Source of the DNA: a virus
DNA: 64,000 bases
Direction: 5' to 3' (one strand)
Virus record (IMG/VR): IMGVR_UViG_3300047494_000104
Span: 4,343 to 68,342 of that record
Made by a program: the position numbers and the translations under genes. The notes under the pieces were generated by a model. The model did not search any database. It saw only the letters and a list, made by a program, of their open reading frames with translations, and was not told the origin of the DNA. Of the stretch, positions 17,992 through 27,505 are shown piece by piece; the stretch's first letter is position 1; each line of letters opens with the position of its first letter.

Positions 17992-18364
17992 TTTGTCCTT
18001 TGTTTTGTTTGTATGATTAACTGACTGAGGCACCATCCTATCACATGCCTACCTAGGCAACAAACAAAATCACAAAATAGGGCAAACTTATTCAGTTTTC
18101 AGAGGTGAAACAAGCATAGATAAACCTATCTAAAGCATTGAATGAAATTCCTATGAATAGCCGATGAATGCTTATTTCCGGCGTTTTAGCCACGCCTGGA
18201 CCGTGAGCAAAAATTCCGCGTGAGGAAGCCGGGCCCGATGAATGACTCGGGAAATCTGAATGGCGTTGTCCCGATCTGAATGGCCGTTGTGCTTCCCGAT
18301 GAATGAGATCAGGTCCGCCCTGGCGCCGTCGGGCCGGAGCCTCCTTTCGAGCCGTGCCAGCTCT

Positions 18365-18670
18365 TTATCGAGGAGAGGGGTGTTTGCGAGTCTTGTTCGT
18401 TTGGGTTCGGTCATAAGTAAAAGTGGCCAGATCGCCGGCCAAGCGGTGAGTGCAATAGATGGGCCAGAAATATCTCTCGGCGCAAAGCTTCTGGCAGAAG
18501 TAGCCGATGCCGGTAATGGAGCGGGAGGTTCGCTCATTGAATTCAATCCGGATATTCCATCGCAGAGTTGGGAGTTTGTCCGTCCGGCAAAATAGACAGT
18601 CGCGCGACCAGTCGTAATCCTGGTCCGCGTCGTATCTGGCGCAGTAGGGGAATTCGGTTGGTAGGCTCAT
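18365..18670 (-). CDS. Small Cys-rich paralog (TRASH/FCS-like)
   Basis: PTEFPY...CLFC...FCQKLCAERYF. Confidence 0.65.
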   Translation of the reverse strand: MSLPTEFPYCARYDADQDYDWSRDCLFCRTDKLPTLRWNIRIEFNERTSRSITGIGYFCQKLCAERYFWPIYCTHRLAGDLATFTYDRTQTNKTRKHPSPR

Positions 18671-18921
18671 CGGAAATTCCCGTTCAATCGGCGGACACAA
18701 AATTCTTTCCAGAAATACTCGTAGCAACATTTCCCCTCGCAGAGCAGCGGCTCGTTCCTTGCCCGATCCGTGAGCGTGCAGAGGAATGAGCCGCCAAGGT
18801 TAACGAAGTGCGTGCGCGGAAATTCCACCGTTGACCCGCAATGGGCGCAACTCTTCCGCCAGCCGAGGTATCGCTCGCCCGTCACTACCGCATAGGGATA
18901 TTTCTTCGGGTATTCGTCCAT
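18667..18921 (-). CDS. Small Cys-rich paralog
   Basis: PKKYPY...CAHC...LCEGKCCYEYF. Confidence 0.65.
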   Translation of the reverse strand: MDEYPKKYPYAVVTGERYLGWRKSCAHCGSTVEFPRTHFVNLGGSFLCTLTDRARNEPLLCEGKCCYEYFWKEFCVRRLNGNFR

Positions 18922-18923
18922 GA

Positions 18924-19214
18924 TCAGAAGGGAATGTCGGCGACGTCGAACTCTTTGTTCTTCAGTCGGTGGACCTGATAGCTACGGAGGAAGTATGCCT
19001 CCGCGCACTCAGTCGAACAAAATATAGGCGTGCGGCTTTTTATCCAATCGACGAGTTGGTAGATTCTTCCCTCACCCCACATGTTTTTACGACGCGCATC
19101 CACCGCGTTGTATGGAACGCATCGCTTCGCCGCAAGGCACTCATCACATCGTCTCGGATGGCCGGCACAACTCACTCCCTCGAATGGGGTAAAATCAGAG
19201 AGAGGAAAGCTCAC
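18924..19214 (-). CDS. Small Cys-rich paralog
   Basis: CDEC...FCSTECAEAYF; GTG start inferred. Confidence 0.6.
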   Translation of the reverse strand: MSFPLSDFTPFEGVSCAGHPRRCDECLAAKRCVPYNAVDARRKNMWGEGRIYQLVDWIKSRTPIFCSTECAEAYFLRSYQVHRLKNKEFDVADIPF

Positions 19215-19444
19215 TGGATCACCTCGCCGCGCAATCGTTGAAGGCAGTATCTTTGCCACACTCCGGGCCGTCCGCAATCTGCGCAGAACGCTCCACTGGC
19301 GAGAAGCTTGTTGTCCAGAAAACCGAAGAACAACCAGAGCTTTTTCCTATCGCCCCGGCAGTGGGAACAAGTTTCCGGAAGACCGCCTTGCATTGAAACT
19401 TGGCGACTAACCGTAAACCCATCCGGTATCCCTTCGTCGCTCAC
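19211..19444 (-). CDS. Small Cys-rich paralog
   Basis: CSHC...FCADC; GTGA overlaps on both sides. Confidence 0.55.
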   Translation of the reverse strand: MSDEGIPDGFTVSRQVSMQGGLPETCSHCRGDRKKLWLFFGFLDNKLLASGAFCADCGRPGVWQRYCLQRLRGEVIQ

Positions 19445-19752
19445 CACTTCCCCTTGATGCGCGCGAGCAGGTAGATTTTGTAGTACGCCTTCATCGCGCA
19501 TACGATCGAGCAGAAGCCGCCACCGCTATTCGTCCCAGGTGCAGCAACGTGCGCGCGGTTCGGACCATTCTTGCCGCGCGCCTCCCATTCGAGGAACGAT
19601 TTGTCGTCGGGGAAGCGGATGAAGTAGTAGTCGATCTTCCCTTCCTTCTTGCACCAGACGCACGTCTTGGCGTGGCACATGGCGTTCGTCTCGATCGCGC
19701 AGGTGTAGGGCAATTCGCCCGGCAATTCAAAGTCTTCGATCTCTTCGCTCAT
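19441..19752 (-). CDS. Small Cys-rich paralog
   Basis: PGELPY...CVWC...FCSIVCAMKAYY. Confidence 0.65.
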   Translation of the reverse strand: MSEEIEDFELPGELPYTCAIETNAMCHAKTCVWCKKEGKIDYYFIRFPDDKSFLEWEARGKNGPNRAHVAAPGTNSGGGFCSIVCAMKAYYKIYLLARIKGKW

Positions 19753-19915
19753 TACTGTTAAAGTAACGAGAGGCAAACTTATTTGACCGCCTGGACTTGG
19801 CTGAGAGTGCGCTTGGTCATTATCGCGATCGTCTCGTCCGATCGGCCGCGTTTGCGATGATGCTTCACGTCCGCCTCGAATGTCCTGTCGGCGAAGCCGT
19901 AGCCGAAGCGTTTCT

Positions 19916-19929
19916 TCATTACGTAATGA
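19916..19929. promoter_or_regulatory. 14-bp palindrome TCATTACGTAATGA (copy 4)
   Basis: Perfect, 2 nt past the stop of the LmbU-like gene. Confidence 0.7.
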
Positions 19930-19931
19930 TT

Positions 19932-20660
19932 TTAGAGGCCGCGCGACCGGAAGAACTTTAAGATCGGCTCGTGCCATGCCGCGTGCGCTTGGATCTCGGC
20001 CTCTGTCCATTTTTCCGATTCGACCATGAACTTGCGCACGAACTCGGCATGCTCTTGAGCGAAAAGGTTTGGCCTGGTGGTGAGTGGCGACGGCGCCTCC
20101 GTGCGCAGGCTCTTTCTCAATTCCACGCGGACCTCGCGGGTCGAAAGATTCTCGGTCAGTACCCGATGGGCCCAGAAAGGAAACTGCGCGTCCGGGACCG
20201 CCTGCAGGATCTCTCGCGCCGCGTAGACCGAAAGGTCGGGATGACGCCATCCAATCTCGACGCGCAGGCAAACGCTCTTCACGTCATGGATCACGTTGAC
20301 CGAGTACCCGGTGATCTGCGCGAGCTCGGCCGCGACGCCGTTGCCGAGGCGCTTCAGGTTTCGTTTGTCGCGCGCTCGATCGTCCGGACCGACGGCGAAC
20401 ATGCGATCACCATAAAGGATCCAGTCACCCAGCCACCACAGCACTGCTTTCGCCATCCCCTTCAGATTTACGCCGAGCTGCTTCCATTCTTCCTTGGTCA
20501 GCTCCCGGGTGAACTCGAGCCCGGTCTTGAGAAAGCGAACGCCTTCAGGAAACGCCGGCGGGACATAAGCCTCCACCAACGGCTGGTAGGGCGTAGCTAG
20601 AGAGGCTGGGACCGCGAGCCGCGTCTCCGACGGGGGCGGTGTGGGTGTTGCTTTGGGCAT
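19932..20660 (-). CDS. LmbU-like DNA-binding protein
   Basis: EEWKQLG...WWLGDWILYG, HTH-like ELAQITGYS, RHPDLS, LSTREVR. Confidence 0.65.
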   Translation of the reverse strand: MPKATPTPPPSETRLAVPASLATPYQPLVEAYVPPAFPEGVRFLKTGLEFTRELTKEEWKQLGVNLKGMAKAVLWWLGDWILYGDRMFAVGPDDRARDKRNLKRLGNGVAAELAQITGYSVNVIHDVKSVCLRVEIGWRHPDLSVYAAREILQAVPDAQFPFWAHRVLTENLSTREVRVELRKSLRTEAPSPLTTRPNLFAQEHAEFVRKFMVESEKWTEAEIQAHAAWHEPILKFFRSRGL

Positions 20661-21285
20661 AGGTATCGCTGGCCTCGGGTTTCTTGTTGTAGCGGGACCG
20701 AGGCAAATTCAGTCCTGCTTTCACCGCGTCACAAAGTTTGTGGATCCCCTGCTTGGTGATCCCGTACCGCTTGGCGATTGTATCGAGGGAGACTCCATCC
20801 GATAGCGGGTGACCGGTGGTCTGGACGATGCAGTCCACGACGCTTTTCGGCTCCTGATATTTGGCGACAAAAAGCAGCGCGGTGACCAGGCCGTGCGATG
20901 CGGCGAACAACGGGCCGGAGCGCATTCGGCTGAGATTGTCGATATGGACGTCGCTCAAGCCGAACCGCGTCTGGAATTCTTTCACCCGCGTTCCGACGCT
21001 TTGCTTGGTCACCCCGTTCCAGCCTGCGATCTGGTTGAGGCTGAAACATGCATAAACCGGGTGCTTCAGGCCATAAATTGCCGCATCGATGCATAAATGC
21101 GGCCGGGCGTCCTCTTTGACGATGAGCAATCCGCGGATCAGAAACTCGAGCGCCAGGGCATCCGGGCAAGATATGGTCGTCTTTGTTTCGAGCCGTCTGT
21201 CCACTTCGTCATAATCGAAACTGTAGGAGGCGTTCTCCGTGTTCCGGCTAGGATCCCTTCCAGCAGAGTCGTGCGGGTCGGACAT
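20545..21285 (-). CDS. Protein with two sigma70-region-4-like HTH motifs
   Basis: SLNQIAGWNGVTKQSV and SLDTIAKRYGITKQGI. Confidence 0.65.
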   Translation of the reverse strand: MSDPHDSAGRDPSRNTENASYSFDYDEVDRRLETKTTISCPDALALEFLIRGLLIVKEDARPHLCIDAAIYGLKHPVYACFSLNQIAGWNGVTKQSVGTRVKEFQTRFGLSDVHIDNLSRMRSGPLFAASHGLVTALLFVAKYQEPKSVVDCIVQTTGHPLSDGVSLDTIAKRYGITKQGIHKLCDAVKAGLNLPRSRYNKKPEASDTYAQSNTHTAPVGDAARGPSLSSYALPAVGGGLCPAGVS

Positions 21286-21338
21286 TGACGGGAAGGTATC
21301 GGGAAAGAATTCTTTCGGCAAGATATTCCTCTCGAATG

Positions 21339-21382
21339 AAAGAAAAAGGCCGGCCAAAACTCAGAAAAGTTTTGACCGGCCT
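21339..21382 (-). terminator. Terminator/attenuator-like hairpin
   Basis: AGGCCGGTCAAAACT / AGTTTTGGCCGGCCT plus TTTTCTTT on the minus strand (G.U pair only on that strand). Confidence 0.6.
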
Positions 21383-21466
21383 AGGGGAAACTGCCAATGT
21401 TCCGTTACCAGGCGGCACACTCGACATGAAAAATCTACCAATTTACGGCTCTTCGTCAATGGTAAT

Positions 21467-21735
21467 CGCGTCGACATTTCTCCTGGTCGACGCGGGTGGA
21501 CGCTTAGTGTGTTGCACGCCGTCTTTTAGTAGGAACGCCAGGGGCTAACCCGACCTGGATACGGCGTTCCACCCTTGGAGCGCTGAGCTTTTGTGTGGGA
21601 TTCATCGCGCCGCAAGTCGGGCATAGGGCTTATGAGCAGTTCCCCGAGATGAATCAACTTCAAACCCCGGCCGGCTCCGTTACTCGAAGTTTCACCACCT
21701 CCGGATGGGGGTGGTATGCCCAGCGCTCTCCACCC
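21467..21735 (+). ncRNA. Candidate multi-stem structured RNA
   Basis: Six or more nested complementary pairs of 6-9 bp in ~270 nt with no convincing ORF. Confidence 0.55.
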
Positions 21736-21766
21736 TCGAAATTAACCAACAAACGAAAGGAAACCA

Positions 21767-22168
21767 ATGATCACGATAGAATTCGACGGCGGAACGAGTT
21801 GCAACATCCCGAGCAGGGGATATGGCGACGGATACGGATCCTTCAAGATCGGAGACCGCGAAGTGGAAAGGATCGAGCATCGGCGACCGATGTCCTGCAA
21901 TGTTGCTGAGATAATGACCGCCGTTGTCGCGCTCGATCGGTGCCGCCATTTTTTCGGCAGTTCCGAGATCCTTTTGCGTGGCGACTCCAAAATCGCCCTC
22001 AACTGGGCAAATATTGGCAATGGCCGAAAGCCAATTTTGCCCAACAAAAAAAAGGCCGAATCGTTCCGAAACGCTGTAAGCGAGCTTATCGTCGCCATTC
22101 GGCATCACAAAAATGTGAAAACGGAATGGCGTAACCGGAATCATTCGGTTACTCTCTTTGGACATTAA
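21767..22168 (+). CDS. RNase HI-like protein
   Basis: FDGG, NVAE, RGDSK acidic motifs; RBS AAAGGAAA. Confidence 0.8.
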   Translation: MITIEFDGGTSCNIPSRGYGDGYGSFKIGDREVERIEHRRPMSCNVAEIMTAVVALDRCRHFFGSSEILLRGDSKIALNWANIGNGRKPILPNKKKAESFRNAVSELIVAIRHHKNVKTEWRNRNHSVTLFGH

Positions 22169-22169
22169 C

Positions 22170-22241
22170 GGCGCGAAGGACAAACGGTAAGTCACCGGGC
22201 CCATAACCCGGAAATAGTAGGTTCAACTCCTGCTCCCGCTA
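22170..22241 (+). tRNA. tRNA-Met(CAT), initiator-like, no encoded CCA
   Basis: D arm GAC/GTC, anticodon stem CCGGG/CCCGG around CC-CAT-AA, T arm GTAGG-TTCAACT-CCTGC, acceptor GGCGCGA/TCCCGCT. Confidence 0.85.
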
Positions 22242-22250
22242 TTCTGAAGG

Positions 22251-22256
22251 TTGACA
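22251..22256 (+). promoter_or_regulatory. GTTGACA element 13-15 nt before structural-gene starts (also 29658, 30188, 33039, 33866, 41393)
   Basis: Same motif at near-fixed spacing before six start codons. Confidence 0.65.
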
Positions 22257-22271
22257 CGTCGCGGGAAGAAT

Positions 22272-22676
22272 ATGGCAAACCGCACCATCGTTGCTGCAAA
22301 CGTTCTTCCCTCCGCGTCCGCAACCATCAATCGGCTCACGGCCGGGGTCGCCATTACGGCGGGACAAGTCCTTTATCGCGACGTCAATAACCTGGCGCAG
22401 CTCGCTTCGGCCAATGCATCGACACCGGTGACGCCAATCGGCATCGCCGTCAACAACGCGGCGGCCGGCCAGCCCGTCAACTATGTGGCGGCGGATCCTG
22501 CTTTCGTTCCTGGCTACGCCACTTCGGTCGGCGATGCCTCTTATCTCGCCGAAACAGCGGGCGCGCTTTGCCCGGTCGGCGATCTCGTCACCGGCGATCA
22601 GCCTGTGTTCATGTTGCTCGGCACCGGCTCGGCGTCCGCGAATCTCCAGATCATCCCTGCCGGGGTGAAGAAGTAA
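22272..22676 (+). CDS. Capsid cement/decoration-like protein
   Basis: AGVAITAGQVLY, PIGIAVNNAAAGQPV. Confidence 0.6.
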   Translation: MANRTIVAANVLPSASATINRLTAGVAITAGQVLYRDVNNLAQLASANASTPVTPIGIAVNNAAAGQPVNYVAADPAFVPGYATSVGDASYLAETAGALCPVGDLVTGDQPVFMLLGTGSASANLQIIPAGVKK

Positions 22677-22701
22677 CCCGGCATGATGGTCGTCCTCGAC
22701 C

Positions 22702-23010
22702 ATGAGCGCCGATGCTGTTAACGACTGGCTGATAATTTATCGTGGGTACACGCCCGATCAAATTGCGGCCGAAAGGGCTACACTACAACGGTGGCTCTCT
22801 ACGCCCTACGACGCCCAGACGCAAGGCTCGAAATCGTACCAAAAGAACCTCGAAGGCATAAGGTCCAGGCTCGCGGCGCTCCAGCGCGCGGTCAATGAGA
22901 AGAGTGGCGTTCCTTCCGTCGGCATCATGGACGCAAGCGCCGGCATCTGGGGCGGACAATGTGCTTCCAATATCGGGGCGAACGGCTACCCCAACTCCAC
23001 GAGCTGGTAA
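22702..23010 (+). CDS. Head-completion (gpW-like) protein
   Basis: Position before portal; QTQGSKSYQK then helical segment. Confidence 0.55.
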   Translation: MSADAVNDWLIIYRGYTPDQIAAERATLQRWLSTPYDAQTQGSKSYQKNLEGIRSRLAALQRAVNEKSGVPSVGIMDASAGIWGGQCASNIGANGYPNSTSW

Positions 23011-24822
23011 ATGAACTCCATCGTACCCTATCAAGTTTCCGAAGGCCAGAGACTCAATCTTTTTGAGCGCGGGCTCTCCTACGTCGCGCCGGAATACGCG
23101 CGGGATCGGGCCATCGCTCGCACGCAGCTCCAGCACATCACGCAGTTTTCCTACGACGCGGCTTATCCGGGCACCGCGCGCGGCTGGAGCGGTGGAACAT
23201 CCAAGAACGCACCGTCCGAATCCATCCGGGCCCAGACCGACCGCGTCCGCATGATGTGGGACGCCCGGGACATGGAACGGCAGTTCGGCCTGGTCGTCGG
23301 CGTTCTTGATCGCACGGCCCAGTACGTTTGCCAGCGGGTGAAGTACCAGCCGCAAACCGGCCACCGCGGTGTGGACCAGAAGTACAGCGACTATTTCGAG
23401 GAATGGTCCCTCGGCGCCGACTTCTGCAATAAATTCACTTTTCAAGAGCTGGTGGAGCTCGGGTTCCGGGCCATGCTGCGCGACGGCGACTGCGGGTTCA
23501 TCAAGCGGTACGACAACATGCGGCTCAAGCTTCAGCCGATCGAGGGAGACCGCATCGGTAACCCGCTGCAGATCGGCGATCCCAACGAGCGGTACATTTC
23601 CGGCGTGGGCATCGATGACGACGGATCTCCCGAGTTTTATCGCATCTTCCGCCGCACGCGGACAGCGATGTACGATAAGCCGCAGGACATCCCAGCCTCA
23701 CGGTTCCTTCATCTTTACAAGCCAATTCGCCTCGACCAGTATCGCGGCTTTACCTGGTTCGCGGCCGCACTCCCGCTGGTCCGCGACCTGTACGAGATCT
23801 TTCGTTGCGAGCGAGGCGCCGCCAAATGGGCGAGCGGGTTTGCCGGGTTCAAGAAGGTGCCCGATCCGTTTGCTGGATCCGGCACTACAGCTTGGACTGC
23901 GCGGACGGCAGGCAATCGCGGAGTGGGCGTCGACGCGCTGATCCCGGATAAGATCGTGAACCTCGGCCCAGGCGAGGACATTATCTTTCCTAATATGCCC
24001 GATCGCCCATCGGGAGCCTTCATGCAGCACGTGAAGGCCATTCACCAGCAGATCGCCATCAGCCTCAACCTGCCCTACGGTTTCATCTGCGACATGAGCG
24101 AATTCGGCTCCGCGTCGGCCCGCATCGAGACCATGCAGGCCCAGCGTTCGTTCCAGCGGTTCCAGCAGATCCTCATCGACCGCATGCTGCGTGAGTGCAA
24201 AAACGACGTCATCTCCGGCGGCATCGCCCGGGGCGAGATCCCGGCGCACCCTAATTGGCGCAAGGGCCGGTGGAACTTTGGAGCGCACATCACGGCCGAT
24301 TACGGTCAGTGGACCCAGGCGGATCTCCAGCTACTCGCGGTCGGCGCCACCACGCAGCACGCGATGGCCGATGCGCAGGGATTCGACTTCGAAGCAAACG
24401 TGGAAACGTCTGGGTCCGAGGCCCAAGCCTGGTACGATCAATCGGTAAAGCGCCAGCTCCCGCTCGAGCTGATCAACGCGAAGTATCAGGGCGCCACCCC
24501 GCTCCTCGCCCAGATGAACGGTCCCACCGAGCAGGAAGAAGCCGAACAGCAGGCCGCGCAGCCCCCGCCCACGATTTTCCAGGAAGTCGGCGACAAGGGT
24601 GGAATGGTCATTCTCGGCGCGATGGAAAAGGTCGGCCAGGGCATCATCACGCACGAGGCCGCGGTCGCCTTCATCGCCGGATTCCTTGGCAAATCGAAAG
24701 AACAGGTCGAGGGTATGATTCCGCCCAAGGGCAAGCCCATGCCCACCGCGGCGCCGGCGGCGGGCGGTAAAAAGAAGAGCAAGCCGGCCGGCGGGTTCCG
24801 GACGGACGCGAAACGGAAATAA
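23011..24822 (+). CDS. Portal protein, lambda family
   Basis: YDAA, ARDM, MLRDGDC, LQPIEGDRI, RLDQYRG, SASAR. Confidence 0.92.
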   Translation: MNSIVPYQVSEGQRLNLFERGLSYVAPEYARDRAIARTQLQHITQFSYDAAYPGTARGWSGGTSKNAPSESIRAQTDRVRMMWDARDMERQFGLVVGVLDRTAQYVCQRVKYQPQTGHRGVDQKYSDYFEEWSLGADFCNKFTFQELVELGFRAMLRDGDCGFIKRYDNMRLKLQPIEGDRIGNPLQIGDPNERYISGVGIDDDGSPEFYRIFRRTRTAMYDKPQDIPASRFLHLYKPIRLDQYRGFTWFAAALPLVRDLYEIFRCERGAAKWASGFAGFKKVPDPFAGSGTTAWTARTAGNRGVGVDALIPDKIVNLGPGEDIIFPNMPDRPSGAFMQHVKAIHQQIAISLNLPYGFICDMSEFGSASARIETMQAQRSFQRFQQILIDRMLRECKNDVISGGIARGEIPAHPNWRKGRWNFGAHITADYGQWTQADLQLLAVGATTQHAMADAQGFDFEANVETSGSEAQAWYDQSVKRQLPLELINAKYQGATPLLAQMNGPTEQEEAEQQAAQPPPTIFQEVGDKGGMVILGAMEKVGQGIITHEAAVAFIAGFLGKSKEQVEGMIPPKGKPMPTAAPAAGGKKKSKPAGGFRTDAKRK

Positions 24823-24824
24823 CC

Positions 24825-27479
24825 ATGAAAACACCTTTCAAGTTCAAGCCCAAAGTCGTCCGTCGCCCGGTCAATCCGAAGCATGACGAAGGCATCCATA
24901 GCTGGAAGGACGCGGCCAAAGAGGTCGGCGTCATCGCGGGTGGATCTTTTGTCGGCGGCGCGGCCTACGACGGCATCAAGAAAGCGGCGCCGATCAAGAA
25001 GAAGAACACCGAATCACCGCGCGAATTCGCCGGCATGAGCAAGGCGGCGTGGGTTGGAACCATTGCGGCGGGCGATGTCATTGGCGAGGGAACGCTCGAG
25101 GCGATCAAAAACCGGAAGAAGAAGGTCCGTCACGGAGTCCAGAAGACGACCGCCGTTCCCGGATCCGGGCCGACGTCGCTCAGCGCGCGCATCCCGCTCA
25201 TCACGTTTTTCATCAAGAAGCCGGATCCCTACATCATCCGGCGCGCTACCCTCCGCGGCAAGAAGCCGGTCGGGGTGCCGAAGATCAAGAAATTCGAGGA
25301 CGAGCGGAAGCAGATCCACCTCCAGCCGAAGAAGAATAAGAGCGAAACGTTGAAGAACGTCGCGGTCGGAACCGGTGCCGCAGTAGCCGGGGCGGGCGTC
25401 GGTTATGGTGGGTACAAGATCGGCCGGGCCGCCGACACCGCCGACAAACTCCAGCGCCACGTCGGGCTCATGGCCACTCAAGCGCACCACAAGGCCAGCG
25501 CGCACGTCGATTATATCGGCCACCACGCGGCCGAAGCCGCAAAGGAAGCCACGCGCACGGCCCGAGCGACACGGAAAACTGCCACGGCCTACCATCCGCG
25601 CGCGGTGGCAAAGATGGTCGGCGGCAAGCTGAAGCGCGCCGGCGCCGCGATCAAGGCCATCGGCCGGACTAAGATCTTTTCCGGCAAGGTCAGCACCACC
25701 AATTTCAACGCGATGAAGGAAAAGCATCCGAGCGGCGAAGAGGACAAGGATTCCTTCCTCAAGCGCAACGGCGTCCGGATCGCCGGTACCGCGGCGGGCA
25801 TTGCCGGCACGGCGCTGTTCTACAAGCATTTTAAGCCGGTGAAGACTGCGGCCGTGAAGACGGATGCGACAGCGGTGGCCGCGGCAGTCCACACGAAGCC
25901 GGGCGAAAAAAAGATTCGCCGTAAGCCGTCCGATCCCGGCATTTCCAACATCCGGAAGGTGCGTAAGCCGAAACCCAAAAAGATGAGCGCCATCCGCCGG
26001 CCGACCTATTTCTCTCAGCCGCGCGACACCGACAACAAGTTTGGGCCGCAAGCCGAGCTCGTGCCCAGCTTCAAAAAGGCAAAAAAGATCGTCCAAGTCG
26101 GCAAGCGCGGCGGGGATGTCGCCGAAGATCTCCACAACGTCGTGCGCGGAAAGCCGGGCGACCCAAAGAAAAAGAAGTTTTGGGAAAAAGCCTGGTTCCA
26201 GACCGGCGCCCTATCCCTCGCCGGCGCTCTCGCCATCCGCAAGCATCGCCAGTGGGCAGAAAAGAAAGGCGTCGCACCCTATTTCTCATGGAACGTCACG
26301 CCGACGGAATTTTCCAAGCTGACCGACGCGATCACGCACCACAAGCTGGTAATGGCCACAAAGCGCCGCATCCTTCGCATCGCCTCTCACCCTTTGCTGC
26401 AGCGCAATCCCAAGCTTCGGAAAACGCTTATCACGAATGAGCAGCACAAGTATCGCGCATTGGTTCAGGCCCAGCCCCATATGGCGCTCCTCGAGCAGCA
26501 CGTCACGCCGACGGAACTCGCCTTTCTCATCCATGACGACGCCTTTCCGATCGTGCCGTTGAAGCAGCCCAAGCTCCCCAAAGGCATGAAGCAGCGCGTA
26601 CCGAACGCCGAGACCCGGGCCGAGGTGATCAAGCGCATGCAGGACAAGACCGAGCTTTCCGGCGGCGGCGGTGCTGGCAAAGTAGTCGCCGAAACGATCA
26701 TCGACGGTACTACGATCGGCGCGGACCTGGGCCCGAAGAAAAAGAAGTCCAAGGCCAAGAAGGCGGCCGATGACGCGGATCCAGATCTCACGCCGACGAA
26801 CAACTGGACGGCCGACCCGCAGGCGAACGTGATCAAAACGAGCAACCGCACGCCCCTGCTCTATTTCGCGATGAAGCTTCCCGTCGGCATTCCTCCCGTT
26901 CGCCCGACACCTCGATCGGTGAATCATGTCGCGCCGAAGCAAGATTTTCGCGGCCAGTCGACCAAGAACCACGGCCTGGACAAGTTCAACCGTGAAGCGA
27001 TCGGCACCCGGCTCCACGCGCGCATGCCGCTGCTCGAATTCTACGGCACCAGCGATGGCGTGACCAAGAGCTGGGACACCCGCGGCCGCTCCAAGGACAA
27101 GGCCGCAAATGGCGCGCACTGGTGGACTCACTCGCCGACGAAGAACAGCGTCCGCGTCGTCCGAAGCACTTCCGAGTCCGGCCCGCGCACGCGCCGGGGC
27201 AAGAAATTCCACGAGAAGACCAGCACGCACAAGGCAGCAATCGCGGTCGCATCCGGCGCTGCCTTGGGCTTGGGCGGTATCGCGGCCTACAAGCACGGGA
27301 AACTGAAGGCACTCGAGAAGCAGGTCCACATCCCGGGTCATACGGTCAATGTGGTGAACAGGAAGGGACAGCCTCCGGTCTATGTCTCACAAAAGCACTC
27401 GAAACCCGCAGTTTCCCCCACCGTCGTGAAGGCAAAAACGAGAACCACCAAACCCGGTCGAAAGTCGCCAAAGGGTTGA
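24825..27479 (+). CDS. Large Lys-rich modular protein (candidate internal head polyprotein)
   Basis: 884 aa; repeated Gly/Ala hydrophobic segments, basic runs, T-x-F/L-S motifs. Confidence 0.8.
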   Translation: MKTPFKFKPKVVRRPVNPKHDEGIHSWKDAAKEVGVIAGGSFVGGAAYDGIKKAAPIKKKNTESPREFAGMSKAAWVGTIAAGDVIGEGTLEAIKNRKKKVRHGVQKTTAVPGSGPTSLSARIPLITFFIKKPDPYIIRRATLRGKKPVGVPKIKKFEDERKQIHLQPKKNKSETLKNVAVGTGAAVAGAGVGYGGYKIGRAADTADKLQRHVGLMATQAHHKASAHVDYIGHHAAEAAKEATRTARATRKTATAYHPRAVAKMVGGKLKRAGAAIKAIGRTKIFSGKVSTTNFNAMKEKHPSGEEDKDSFLKRNGVRIAGTAAGIAGTALFYKHFKPVKTAAVKTDATAVAAAVHTKPGEKKIRRKPSDPGISNIRKVRKPKPKKMSAIRRPTYFSQPRDTDNKFGPQAELVPSFKKAKKIVQVGKRGGDVAEDLHNVVRGKPGDPKKKKFWEKAWFQTGALSLAGALAIRKHRQWAEKKGVAPYFSWNVTPTEFSKLTDAITHHKLVMATKRRILRIASHPLLQRNPKLRKTLITNEQHKYRALVQAQPHMALLEQHVTPTELAFLIHDDAFPIVPLKQPKLPKGMKQRVPNAETRAEVIKRMQDKTELSGGGGAGKVVAETIIDGTTIGADLGPKKKKSKAKKAADDADPDLTPTNNWTADPQANVIKTSNRTPLLYFAMKLPVGIPPVRPTPRSVNHVAPKQDFRGQSTKNHGLDKFNREAIGTRLHARMPLLEFYGTSDGVTKSWDTRGRSKDKAANGAHWWTHSPTKNSVRVVRSTSESGPRTRRGKKFHEKTSTHKAAIAVASGAALGLGGIAAYKHGKLKALEKQVHIPGHTVNVVNRKGQPPVYVSQKHSKPAVSPTVVKAKTRTTKPGRKSPKG

Positions 27480-27505
27480 CATACCGGCAAAAATCAACCG
27501 CACCA

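Noticed and set aside
19749-19769. TCATTACTGTTAAAGTAACGA as another palindrome copy
   Set aside because: Shares only the outer half-sites with different spacing; not counted.
21767-22241. Retron/retroelement (structured RNA + RNase H + tRNA primer)
   Set aside because: No reverse transcriptase recognised anywhere in the window.
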